Shown: positions 26,241 to 35,616 of the stretch, piece after piece | How the letters are laid out: each line of letters opens with the position of its first letter | Numbering within the stretch: the stretch's first letter is position 1 | Assembly (NCBI GenBank): GCA_022451065.1 | Contig: JAKUOU010000019.1 | Location: 4,203-68,202, forward strand | Direction: 5' to 3' | Source: Pedosphaera sp. | GTDB lineage: Bacteria; Verrucomicrobiota; Verrucomicrobiia; Limisphaerales; UBA1096 | DNA: 64,000 nucleotides | Made by a program: the position numbers and the translations under genes | The notes under the pieces: model-generated | Database searches by the model: none | Told to the model about the DNA's origin: nothing | The model's input: the letters and a program-made list of their open reading frames with translations, nothing else

Positions 26241-29200
26241 ATGACTTTTGACGGGGGGTTTTTTCGACGTTTGGCCACGCTTGGACTGGTTTGGGCCGCT
26301 GCATGGCCAAGTGGCTTGGTGTTGGCTGAGCCGGATGGGATCGAGTTTTTCGAGAACCATATCCGCCCTTTGCTGGTGCAAAACTGCTACAAGTGCCACA
26401 GCGAAGAGGCCGGTAAGGCCAAGGGCGAACTGTTGCTCGACACCCGTGAGGGCCTCCGCAAGGGCGGCGACTCTGGCCCGGCGATTGTCCCCGGCGATCC
26501 CAAGGCCAGTCTATTGATCCAGGCGGTTTCGTATAACAACGCCGACCTGCAGATGCCGCCCAAGACCAAGCTCTCGAGGGACCCCATCGACAAGTTGATT
26601 CAATGGATCGCGATGGGCGCCCCCGATCCCCGTGATGGCAAGACCGCGAACATCACCGATAAGGCCGCATTCGACATCGCCAAGCGCAAAGCCGAACACT
26701 GGGCGTGGAAGCCAGTACGGCGCGACGTCCGGCCGCCTCCGGTTAAGCCGGTAGGTAGCGCGGTCTGGGCTAACACCGATGTGGACCGGTTCATCCTCGC
26801 CAGGCTGCAGGCAGCCGGGCTTTCCCCCAGTGCACCGGCGACTCGACGCACGCTCGTTCGCCGGCTGCACTTCGATCTCATCGGCCTGCCTCCGACTCCG
26901 GAGGAGGTTAAAGCGTTTATCAATGACACCTCTCAAAACGCCTACGAGACTCTCGTCGAGAGGTTGCTTGCCTCGCCGCATTTCGGCGAACGCTGGGGGC
27001 AGCATTGGCTCGATTTGGTGCGCTTTGCCGAGACCCGCGGTCACGAGGCGGATTATCCGATTCCGGAGGCATACCGCTATCGCAACTACGTTGTCCGCGC
27101 TTTCAACGCCGACGTGCCGTATGACAACTTAGTGGTCGAGCATATCGCCGGCGACTTGGTGGAATCTCCCCGCATCGACCCGGCTACGCGCTGCAACGAG
27201 TCCGCGCAGGGCGCCGGCTTTTGGCATCTGGGCGAGGCTACGCATTCACCGGTCGATATTCGTGGTGATGAATGTAACCGTGTGCATAATCAGATTGATG
27301 TTTACTCGAAAGCATTCCTCGGCATGACCTTGGGGTGTGCCCGCTGCCATGACCACAAGTTCGACGCCATCTCGACACGGGACTACTACGCTTTCGCCGG
27401 CTACTTGCAGAGTTCCGGCTACCACTTGAAGGATGTCTCCGACCCGGCCGCGCAAACTGCCGCCCATAACAAATTGGCCGGGCTCCGTGCTGACAGCAAG
27501 GCCGGCCTGCTTAATGAGTTTGCGTCGCTAGTCGAAATCAAAGTGAGCCGTTTGGTAGATTATCTGCCGATCGCCACGGAAATTCTCCGCAACATTCCCG
27601 AAGGCAAAGATGCCCCCAAGCCGGGCGACTATATCGCCTCGCACTCGACCGTGCAGGAAGCGGCCAAGGCGAAAAACCTCCAACCGGAAAAACTCGCCGC
27701 CTGGATCTCGTACCTCGACAAGGCACGAGGCAATGTCGCTGATCCGTTGCGGGGCTTTACGCAGGCCGCGATTGGCCAAGCGCGCGCCGATGCGTTGGCG
27801 GCAATGCAAAAACTCGAGGCGGACACTGCGGCACAGGTCAAGTCGATCAAGGTCAACGTCACCATTGAGGAAGGCGAGCGCAACTACGTGAAGAGCGAGC
27901 GCGACTGGACCGCCGAGGACATGATAGCCGATTACCGCCGCGCACAGGATCCGGAGGAATGGCTCACAGGTGGAAGGCAATTCGGAGCCGGGCCGATGGC
28001 GGGTGGCACACCGGTCTTTGGAGACAACACAAGTCAACCGATAAAGGAGTTCAATGAAAATGGAGCAGCCCGCAGTGACGGATTAAGCACGCACTTCACT
28101 GGCATCATTCGCACCCGCACATTCGGCGTGAACGGCGACATGCTTTGGTATCGCTACAAGGGGAAGGCGGATGTTTTTCTTGCGGTCAATTCACACCGGC
28201 AAATAGCCGGGCCGTTGCATGGGATCGTCCGGCAGAAACTTGACAGCAAGGGCGACGAGTGGAAGTGGCATGGCCATCGTGTGCGCGACTACATCGGCCA
28301 TCGCGTGCATGTGGAGTTCAAAGCCAAAGGCGAGTTTGCGCTCGAGCGGGTGCAGTTCGGGGACAAAGAGCCGCCGGTGGTACGTCCTGCCAATTCGCGC
28401 CTGACCAAGCTGCTTGAAAGCGATGGCGACTTGGCAGCAGGTTTGGCCAGGGTGCTAAAGACTGCGGCCAATGATTGTGCCGTTGGCCAGGCAGATCGCG
28501 AAACGGCGCAATTACTCAACTGGGTGATTCGCCACGACAATCTTCTCGAAAAACCGGCTGATCTTGGCGAAGCGACAGCGAAGTTTGCCGCCTATCACAA
28601 GGTCAAGTCCAACATTGAGCGAACGATTCCCGGCGCGGTTTGGGCACTGTCGCTGCTTGACGGGAATGGCGAGGATGAACCAGTGCTCGTTCGAGGGAAT
28701 CACCGAACACCGGCTCAGGAGCTGGTGCCGCGCTCCTTCCTAGAGGCGTTGGGCGCGACTGACCGGCCCCAGCGCGGCAGCGGTCGGCTTGGCCTGGCCA
28801 AGCGGATGATCGACCCGGGTAACCCGTTTGTTTCGCGTGTGGCGGTAAATCGCATTTGGCATCACCTGTTTGGCCGCGGCATTGTTGAGACGGTCGACAA
28901 CTTTGGCGCGACCAGCAAGCCGCCGACGCACCCGAAACTCCTCGACTATCTCGCGTCGCAAATCATGGTGAGCGGCTGGTCGGTAAAGAATATGATTCGG
29001 CAGGTTGTGCTCTCGAGCACGTACAGGCAGTCTAGCAAACCGAACATGGCCAGCGCCAGGGTGGATCCAAACAACGCTCTGCTGCACCGCATGCCGATCC
29101 GCCGGTTGCAGGGGGAGGTGATACGAGATCAGTTGCTGGCGATCTCGGGTCGCATCGACAAGCGACAATTTGGCAAGGGGCCGATGGTGCACATTACACC

Positions 29201-29648
29201 GTTTATGCGGAACAACCGTAGTCCGGGCGGCAGCGGTCCAATGGACGGCGATGGGCGACGCAGCATTTACGTCGAGGTACGCCGTAATCATCTAGAACCG
29301 ATGTTGACCGCGTTCGACAAGCCGACGCCGTTTACCACGATTGGCAAGCGAATGGTGTCGAACTCACCGGCTCAGCCGCTCATCATGCTCAACAACGAGT
29401 TTGTGCATCAGCAGGCCGCTATTTGGGCTGATGCTCTTTTAAAGACCGGCAATGCCAATACCGGCGAGTTGGTAAACCGCGCGTATCTGCAGGCGTTCGG
29501 ACGTGAACCGGAGGCTTGGGAGACCGGGGCCGCGGTCGAGTTTGTCGAGCAACAACAGAGGGCTGCCGGAGGCGATTCACTGAAGCAACCACTTGCCGAT
29601 CTCTGCCATACGCTATTCAACGTTAAGGAATTTGTTTTTATAAACTAA
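26241..29648 (+). CDS. PSCyt1/PSCyt2(DUF1549)/PSD1(DUF1553) domain protein
   Basis: ORF 26199..29648 with ATG 26241 preferred. CYKCHSEEAGKAKGELLLD (planctomycete cytochrome c), CARCHDHKFD (DUF1549) and a DUF1553-type C-terminus ending FVFIN. Confidence 0.8.
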   Translation: MTFDGGFFRRLATLGLVWAAAWPSGLVLAEPDGIEFFENHIRPLLVQNCYKCHSEEAGKAKGELLLDTREGLRKGGDSGPAIVPGDPKASLLIQAVSYNNADLQMPPKTKLSRDPIDKLIQWIAMGAPDPRDGKTANITDKAAFDIAKRKAEHWAWKPVRRDVRPPPVKPVGSAVWANTDVDRFILARLQAAGLSPSAPATRRTLVRRLHFDLIGLPPTPEEVKAFINDTSQNAYETLVERLLASPHFGERWGQHWLDLVRFAETRGHEADYPIPEAYRYRNYVVRAFNADVPYDNLVVEHIAGDLVESPRIDPATRCNESAQGAGFWHLGEATHSPVDIRGDECNRVHNQIDVYSKAFLGMTLGCARCHDHKFDAISTRDYYAFAGYLQSSGYHLKDVSDPAAQTAAHNKLAGLRADSKAGLLNEFASLVEIKVSRLVDYLPIATEILRNIPEGKDAPKPGDYIASHSTVQEAAKAKNLQPEKLAAWISYLDKARGNVADPLRGFTQAAIGQARADALAAMQKLEADTAAQVKSIKVNVTIEEGERNYVKSERDWTAEDMIADYRRAQDPEEWLTGGRQFGAGPMAGGTPVFGDNTSQPIKEFNENGAARSDGLSTHFTGIIRTRTFGVNGDMLWYRYKGKADVFLAVNSHRQIAGPLHGIVRQKLDSKGDEWKWHGHRVRDYIGHRVHVEFKAKGEFALERVQFGDKEPPVVRPANSRLTKLLESDGDLAAGLARVLKTAANDCAVGQADRETAQLLNWVIRHDNLLEKPADLGEATAKFAAYHKVKSNIERTIPGAVWALSLLDGNGEDEPVLVRGNHRTPAQELVPRSFLEALGATDRPQRGSGRLGLAKRMIDPGNPFVSRVAVNRIWHHLFGRGIVETVDNFGATSKPPTHPKLLDYLASQIMVSGWSVKNMIRQVVLSSTYRQSSKPNMASARVDPNNALLHRMPIRRLQGEVIRDQLLAISGRIDKRQFGKGPMVHITPFMRNNRSPGGSGPMDGDGRRSIYVEVRRNHLEPMLTAFDKPTPFTTIGKRMVSNSPAQPLIMLNNEFVHQQAAIWADALLKTGNANTGELVNRAYLQAFGREPEAWETGAAVEFVEQQQRAAGGDSLKQPLADLCHTLFNVKEFVFIN

Positions 29649-29651
29649 GCC

Positions 29652-29897
29652 ATGGACCAACCAACAATCGCTCAACGCAACCCGATTATACAAAAGATTG
29701 GGCCCGGTACTTACTGGTGGTGCACTTGCGGCAGGTCAGCCGGCCAACCCTTCTGTGACGGTTCGCACAAGGGAACATCCTTTGGTCCCGAGAAAGTTGA
29801 AATCACCGAGGCTAAAACCGTCGCGTGGTGCGCCTGTAAGCACACCTGTGATAAGCCTTTTTGCGATGGATCCCATTCAGGTTTGGGCAATGACTGA
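29652..29897 (+). CDS. CDGSH iron-sulfur domain protein (two CDGSH motifs)
   Basis: CTCGRSAGQPFCDGSH and CACKHTCDKPFCDGSH. 81 aa, no signal peptide. Starts 3 nt after the upstream stop. Confidence 0.85.
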   Translation: MDQPTIAQRNPIIQKIGPGTYWWCTCGRSAGQPFCDGSHKGTSFGPEKVEITEAKTVAWCACKHTCDKPFCDGSHSGLGND

Positions 29898-29923
29898 GCT
29901 TATGCTTCATCCGTTGATTTAAA

Positions 29924-31360
29924 ATGAAAATGCACAGCGAAGGATGCCGGAATTATCTGCCACTACCGATCAGCCGGCGTGAGATGTTGGGACGCTGCGC
30001 CGGCGGCTTTGGCGCAGTGGCGTTGAGCAGCCTTTTGGCTGATCCGATTTATGGTAAGTCGAGTTCGCCGTTTGCGCCGCATAAACCGCATCACGAGCCC
30101 CAGGCGAAGAACATCATTTTTCTCTACATGGACGGCGGCGTGTCGCAGGTCGATTCCTTTGACCCAAAGCCTCGGCTTGACAAGGATCACGGCAAACCGT
30201 TTTCGGCGAAGATCAACCCGACTCAGTTCGACAATATCGGCACCACGTTCAAGTCGCCGTGGGCATTCAAGCGATACGGGCAGTGTGGCCTCACCGTCAG
30301 CGACATTTTTCCATACATTGGCGCGATGGCCGACGAATTGTGCGTCGTGCGCTCCATGACTTCAAAATTCTCCGAGCACAATAGCGCGAATTTTTTTCTG
30401 CACACCGGCTTCGGCGTGCAGGGCCGGCCGAGCATGGGTGCCTGGATGAGCTACGGCCTGGGCGCGCAGGCGACCGATCTGCCGGGGTTCGTGGTGCTCA
30501 ACGGCGGTCTGGTGCCGTCCGGTGGCTGGGACAATTTTGGAAACGGATTCCTGCCGGCAAGCCATCAGGCCACCGTGTTCAAGACCGGCAAGGAACCGCT
30601 GGCTGACATTCGGCCGCGCGAAAGCCGACTCGGAACGCAGGAGGCCAAACTCGGTCTGCTGAACAAGCTCGACCACGGCGTGCTCGATCGGCTGGGTCAC
30701 GTTGACAAACTTGAGTCGGCGATCGCCAACTACGAGATGGCATACCGTATGCAGGCTGCCGTGCCGGAGTTGATCGATATCAAGGGAGAGACCGAGGCAA
30801 CCCGCAAGCTTTATGGTCTTGAGGCCAAGTATGAGCACACGCGCACGTTTGGGATGCAGTGCCTGATGGCCCGACGCCTCGTGGAGAAGGGCGTGCGATT
30901 CATCGAGTTGACCTGCCCGCGTATCGGTGGCAGTGACCGCTGGGATGCTCACGGTGGGCTGTTGAAGAACCACGGAGACAACGCCCGTGCCACCGACCAG
31001 CCGATTGCTGGCCTGCTGCGCGACCTCAAGTCGCGCGGCATGCTAAAGGACACGCTGGTAGTCTGGTCCGGCGAGTTTGGCCGCACGCCATTCGCGCAGG
31101 GCAGCAACGGCCGTGACCATAATCCATACGGGTTCACCATCTGGATGGCCGGTGGCGGGGCCAGGCCGGGCATCACCTACGGGGCGACCGATGAGTTCGG
31201 CTACCACGCGGTGGAAAACAAACTCGAGATTCACGACATGCACGCAACGATGCTGCACCTGCTGGGGATGGATCACAAAAAGATGACCTACTTCTTCGAC
31301 GGCCGCGACATGCGGCTCACCGATGTCCACGGGCACGTTGCGCATGACCTCGTCGCCTGA
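29924..31360 (+). CDS. DUF1501 domain protein (sulfatase/phosphatase-like fold, Tat signal)
   Basis: SRREMLGRCAGGFGAVAL Tat-like N-terminus. IIFLYMDGGVSQVDSFDPKP and GRDHNPYGFTIWMAGGG are typical DUF1501 blocks. Confidence 0.85.
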   Translation: MKMHSEGCRNYLPLPISRREMLGRCAGGFGAVALSSLLADPIYGKSSSPFAPHKPHHEPQAKNIIFLYMDGGVSQVDSFDPKPRLDKDHGKPFSAKINPTQFDNIGTTFKSPWAFKRYGQCGLTVSDIFPYIGAMADELCVVRSMTSKFSEHNSANFFLHTGFGVQGRPSMGAWMSYGLGAQATDLPGFVVLNGGLVPSGGWDNFGNGFLPASHQATVFKTGKEPLADIRPRESRLGTQEAKLGLLNKLDHGVLDRLGHVDKLESAIANYEMAYRMQAAVPELIDIKGETEATRKLYGLEAKYEHTRTFGMQCLMARRLVEKGVRFIELTCPRIGGSDRWDAHGGLLKNHGDNARATDQPIAGLLRDLKSRGMLKDTLVVWSGEFGRTPFAQGSNGRDHNPYGFTIWMAGGGARPGITYGATDEFGYHAVENKLEIHDMHATMLHLLGMDHKKMTYFFDGRDMRLTDVHGHVAHDLVA

Positions 31361-31369
31361 TCTGCGTTT

Positions 31370-32050
31370 ATGCCGGGTGTTTCCATTGTAATTGTCGCTG
31401 CTGGTAGCGGCAGCCGGATGGGGCGGGGCGACAAGATGTTTCTCGACATCGCTGGTCTGCCGCTGCTCGGGCACACTTGGCGGCGGTTTGATCTGTTATC
31501 CGAGGCGGACGAGATCATTTTGGTTACCCGAGATGACGTGCGGCCTGCATTGGAGGATTTGGCCAAGCGCATCAACGCGCAAAAGCCGTGGCAACTCGTC
31601 GCCGGCGGAGTGGAGCGGCAGGACTCCGTCTGGAACGGTGTCAATGCCACCACCGCCGAATCGGAGATTATCGCGATACAGGATGGCGCGCGACCGTGCA
31701 CGCCGTTGGCCGCTATTCAATTGGCCTTGGTTACGGCTCGTGAAATGGGTGCGGCCGTGCTTGCCAGACGCATGGCTGACACGCTCAAGCGCGGCGATGG
31801 CGAGGGACAAATCGTAGGGACGGTGGATCGGGAAAATCTTTGGACCGTGCAGACACCGCAGGTGTTTCGGCGGGAGATCATTCTCGCTGCCTTGGCCAAG
31901 GTGCGAGACGAGGGTTTGTCAATCACCGACGACACCGCCGCCTGCGAAGCGCTTGGCCAATCGGTGAAACTGGTCGAGTGCGACCAGCCAAATCCCAAGG
32001 CGACCACACCGGCGGATCTGCCGTACATTGAGTCGCTTCTGGCGGAGTGA
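31370..32050 (+). CDS. ispD: 2-C-methyl-D-erythritol 4-phosphate cytidylyltransferase
   Basis: VIVAAGSGSRMG..DK.F N-terminus, GGVERQDSV, IQDGARP. Confidence 0.9.
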   Translation: MPGVSIVIVAAGSGSRMGRGDKMFLDIAGLPLLGHTWRRFDLLSEADEIILVTRDDVRPALEDLAKRINAQKPWQLVAGGVERQDSVWNGVNATTAESEIIAIQDGARPCTPLAAIQLALVTAREMGAAVLARRMADTLKRGDGEGQIVGTVDRENLWTVQTPQVFRREIILAALAKVRDEGLSITDDTAACEALGQSVKLVECDQPNPKATTPADLPYIESLLAE

Positions 32051-34042
32051 TCAACTCCCCGCGCCGAGCAGCTTGATCAGCGCCGCGTCCTTCTCCGGGC
32101 CGGATTGGAAGTCGAGCGCGCGGATGTAGCGCGGTTTTTCCTCCTCTGCGGTCTTTTTATTGAGTAGGATTTTCACCAAGAGGTCGGGAGTCTTGCTGGA
32201 GCGCGAGCGCCAGACGATGTCGCGGCCGGCCGGCGTGTCCCAGTTGCTGCCGACTGCTTCGAGCCAGGCACCAAAAAACTTGTCCTGCTGGCGGTCCAGT
32301 GCGAGGCCAAGCGCCTCGAGGTACCAGCGATCTGCGCCGTCGTGCTGCTGGGCGAGCTTGGCCCAGAGCGCCGGGGTGGCCGGCGAGTCGTTGTGCCGCA
32401 GCGCAATCGCGCATTCGCGGCGGACAGCCGGATCCTTGTCGCTGACCAGTTGTTTTACTAGCGGAATCACATCGAAACCGCGCTCGCGGGCGATGCGTAG
32501 GCCGGTGATGCGAATGTCCGGGTTGGCATCCTTGAGTGCCGCGCCGATGTACTTTTTCTCCAAACCCTTGATGCGGGCGAGCAGGTGCAGCGCCCGGGCG
32601 CGCAGGCGTTGGTCGTCGCCATTCCAAAGTTTGCCCAGCGTGCTCTCGGCCTTTGCGCCGACTTTGTTCAATTGCTGCCAGCCGATGTAGCGCGCAGCCA
32701 TGTTCGGCGAGGATAACATGCTGAGCGCGGTGCGTTTTTTCGGAATCGTGTATTTCGTATTCTTGCCTTTGGGTGTGAGACGGTAGATGCGACCTGTCAT
32801 CTGGCCTGGCTTGTGGTCGGTCATGTGGTGGCCGCCGACGTGGCCATCGTGCCAGTCGGCAACGAGCACCGATCCGTCCGGCGCGGTGCAGACATCCGAC
32901 GGGCGATACCACGGATCCTTGCTTTGCAGCATGTTGACAATCTTGCCCTTGTAGCCGGCGCCGCTCTTGGTGACCGGATATGCACGAACCACGCGTGGTC
33001 CGGGGTCGCAGTGCATCATTTGGCCTTGAAAAGTTTTTGGCAACAAACCGCCTTCGTAGATGGCAATGCCAGTCGGTGAACCCTGTCCGGTTTGCAGGAG
33101 GTTCGGGATCACGCCTGGATCGTTCTGGTGCCAGTGCATGGACGGCACGTCCTTCTCTTGGTTGGTGCGCTTGGTGCGCCAGCCGCGTCCGGTCAATTCG
33201 TCGGTGTAACCGTAGTTTCCGAATTCCATCACGAAGTTGATGCGGACACCTCGGTTGCCATCGTCGTCGTTGTCGGACTGCCAGATCGTACCGAATGAGT
33301 CCACTGTGACTTCGAAGTTGTTGCGGAAGTTAAACCCAAGCGTTTCCACCTCGCTGCCGTCGAGGTTGCAGCGGAACACCAGTCCCTGCCGATACGGTTT
33401 GCCGCGGCCGTTCACCTCGTTGCCGGCCTTGTCGACGATGAACTTTTTGCCATCGGCAGTCTTCAACTGCCCGCCGTTGTTGCCGACGTTGAAATAGAGC
33501 TTGCCGTCCGGGCCAAACACAAACGCGTGCGCGCCGTGGTCGTGATCCACTCCACCGATGCCGTTGAACAACACCGTCGGCGGACCATCGGCCTTGTCAT
33601 CCCCGTTCTCGTCGGTGAACAACAACACCTTGGGCGAGCAGGAAATGATCACCTTGGTGCCGAGCACAGCGATGCCTAGCGCAGCATTCACGTCGTTGCC
33701 CTGGTAAAACGTCTTGGCCAAGTCGGCTTTCCCGTCGCCATCCGTGTCCTCTAGGATTCGGATGCGGTCGCCTTCCGGCTGTATCTTGCCCCACGGCTTG
33801 AACAGTCGGTAGTTGACGCCCTCGGTTACCCACACACGGCCCTCGGAATCGATGTCCATGTTGGCGGGATTCAGCAGCATCGGCTCGGAGGCGAACAGTG
33901 TGGCCTGCAGCTCGGGGTGGGGAATCAGCTGCTTGGCCTGCTCGGCGGCAGCGGCTGGGCCGTGGCGTTGCGCGGTTAGGTTCGCTGCCAGCAACAGGGC
34001 GGCGGCAACGGTTAGGGTTGATTTGATCCAGTACGATTTCAT
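32051..34042 (-). CDS. PVC-type membrane-bound-dehydrogenase-domain protein with HEAT repeats (no CxxCH)
   Basis: ORF 32051..34549 trimmed to ATG 34042 (signal peptide MKSYWIKSTLTVAAALLLAANLTAQ). FASEPMLLNPANMDIDSEGRVWVTEG...ILEDTDGDGKADL beta-propeller region, C-terminal HEAT-like repeats. Confidence 0.7.
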   Translation of the reverse strand: MKSYWIKSTLTVAAALLLAANLTAQRHGPAAAAEQAKQLIPHPELQATLFASEPMLLNPANMDIDSEGRVWVTEGVNYRLFKPWGKIQPEGDRIRILEDTDGDGKADLAKTFYQGNDVNAALGIAVLGTKVIISCSPKVLLFTDENGDDKADGPPTVLFNGIGGVDHDHGAHAFVFGPDGKLYFNVGNNGGQLKTADGKKFIVDKAGNEVNGRGKPYRQGLVFRCNLDGSEVETLGFNFRNNFEVTVDSFGTIWQSDNDDDGNRGVRINFVMEFGNYGYTDELTGRGWRTKRTNQEKDVPSMHWHQNDPGVIPNLLQTGQGSPTGIAIYEGGLLPKTFQGQMMHCDPGPRVVRAYPVTKSGAGYKGKIVNMLQSKDPWYRPSDVCTAPDGSVLVADWHDGHVGGHHMTDHKPGQMTGRIYRLTPKGKNTKYTIPKKRTALSMLSSPNMAARYIGWQQLNKVGAKAESTLGKLWNGDDQRLRARALHLLARIKGLEKKYIGAALKDANPDIRITGLRIARERGFDVIPLVKQLVSDKDPAVRRECAIALRHNDSPATPALWAKLAQQHDGADRWYLEALGLALDRQQDKFFGAWLEAVGSNWDTPAGRDIVWRSRSSKTPDLLVKILLNKKTAEEEKPRYIRALDFQSGPEKDAALIKLLGAGS

Positions 34043-34126
34043 TGTCAAAAGTTCGTTAAATGGCTTGAGGTGCAAATGAAGCCACAAATCCACCCGGCGT
34101 TCAACCCATCGCTCACCGCTCGACTC

Positions 34127-34140
34127 CGCTTGGCCAAGCG
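34127..34140. repeat. iterated palindrome copy, 14 bp, divergent intergenic region
   Basis: Lies between the PVC dehydrogenase-domain gene (start 34042) and the GlcF-like gene (ATG 34160). Confidence 0.9.
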
Positions 34141-34159
34141 CGGTACCCTGCCAGCGCCG

Positions 34160-35491
34160 ATGTCGCCCGCTGTACAAACTGCTGACGCTCCCTTTTCCCA
34201 TTTGAAGGATCTCGACTACTCGGTGGTGCAGCAGTGCATGCACTGTGGCATGTGCCTGCCGAGCTGTCCTACCTACGATGAGACAAAGCTTGAGCGGAAC
34301 AGCCCTCGCGGTCGTATCGCCCTGATGCGCTCCATCGCCGATGGCGAACTCGAGGCCACCCGCGCGTTCGCCGAGGAAATGTACTACTGTCTCGGCTGCC
34401 TTGCCTGCATGACAGCTTGCCCGGCTGGCGTGAACTACGCCGAGCTGTTCGAGCATGCCCGTGCAGAGGTCGAGGAAAAGAAGGTCATCGACTCCATCTG
34501 GCGCAGGTTGATTCGCCGTGTCACGCTCAAGTGGCTGTTCACCAAGCATGCCCGCTTGAAGCTGCTCGGTCGGTTGATTCGCCTGTACAGTTCACTTGGC
34601 CTCAAGTCGCTTGTTCGTGGCAGCCGCGTACTTAAGTTGATGCCTAGGCGCCTGGGTGAACTCGAGGCCATGACGCCGGAGATACAGCCCAGGTTCTCCG
34701 ATGAGCTCATTCAGTTGGAGACAACGGCTAGGGGTGAGAAACGTTATCGCGTGGCCATGCTCACTGGCTGCGCGCAGGATCTTATTTTCAGCGATGTTAA
34801 TCGCGACACCGTCGAGGTATTGGCCGAGAACGGTTGCGACGTTTACACGCCACGCAACCAAGGCTGCTGCGGATCGCTGCACGCACATAACGGCGAATGG
34901 ACCATGGCCCAGCAACAGGCGCGCATGATGATCGACCTGTTCCCGCCGAGTGAATTTGACGCCATCATCAGCAACGCGGCCGGTTGCGGTTCGCACCTCA
35001 AGCATTACCACAGCTTGCTGAAAGAGGACGAAAAGTACGCCGACTTGGCCAAACAGTGGGACGCCAAGTTGAAAGATGTTCATGAGTGGCTGGTGGAGAC
35101 CGGCGTGCGCGAGCCAAGCGGCACCGCGCCTGGTCGAGCGCAAAAGGTCACCTACCACGAAGCCTGCCACCTTTGCCACGGCCAAAAGATCACTGCGCAG
35201 CCGAGGAAGATTCTTAAGGCGATTCCGGGACTAGAACTGACCGAGTTGTCGGAGAGCACCTGGTGCTGCGGCAGCGCCGGCATCTACAACATCACCCAGC
35301 CGGAGATGGCCAACAAGCTACTCAAGCGCAAGATCGAGCACATACGCTCAACCGGCGCGGAAATGGTGGCGATGGGTAATCCCGGTTGCTCGTTACACAT
35401 CACCAATGGCTTGGCCAAGTGCCAGTCAGAAGTCCGCGTGGTCCATCCCATTACCCTCCTAGCCGAGGCCTACGGAAGAGAGGATAAGTAG
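34160..35491 (+). CDS. (Fe-S)-binding protein, GlcF / heterodisulfide-reductase-like (two 4Fe-4S motifs plus CCG domains)
   Basis: ORF 34070..35491 with ATG 34160 preferred. CMHCGMCLPSCP and CLGCLACMTACP ferredoxin motifs, CCGS and WCCGSAG CCG motifs. Confidence 0.8.
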   Translation: MSPAVQTADAPFSHLKDLDYSVVQQCMHCGMCLPSCPTYDETKLERNSPRGRIALMRSIADGELEATRAFAEEMYYCLGCLACMTACPAGVNYAELFEHARAEVEEKKVIDSIWRRLIRRVTLKWLFTKHARLKLLGRLIRLYSSLGLKSLVRGSRVLKLMPRRLGELEAMTPEIQPRFSDELIQLETTARGEKRYRVAMLTGCAQDLIFSDVNRDTVEVLAENGCDVYTPRNQGCCGSLHAHNGEWTMAQQQARMMIDLFPPSEFDAIISNAAGCGSHLKHYHSLLKEDEKYADLAKQWDAKLKDVHEWLVETGVREPSGTAPGRAQKVTYHEACHLCHGQKITAQPRKILKAIPGLELTELSESTWCCGSAGIYNITQPEMANKLLKRKIEHIRSTGAEMVAMGNPGCSLHITNGLAKCQSEVRVVHPITLLAEAYGREDK

Positions 35492-35616
35492 ATTTGCCGA
35501 TTGATGGCGCCGCGCTGCAGAGAATTGGCTCATCAACTTCTCGTGCTTTTTTGTGGTTCACGGCATTTACCTGGGTGCACTTAATCGCTATTTTGGCGGT
35601 GTTCCGCTTTTTTTGG

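Noticed and set aside
34043-34549. Long N-terminal extensions in the ORF track (32051..34549, 56079.., 55221.., 802..1779, 10798.., 41817.., 48271..49284).
   Set aside because: The extensions overlap neighbouring genes, lack homology-like sequence, and are followed by an internal ATG or GTG that gives a proper signal peptide or canonical family N-terminus. I trimmed the starts accordingly. Start choices remain inferences.
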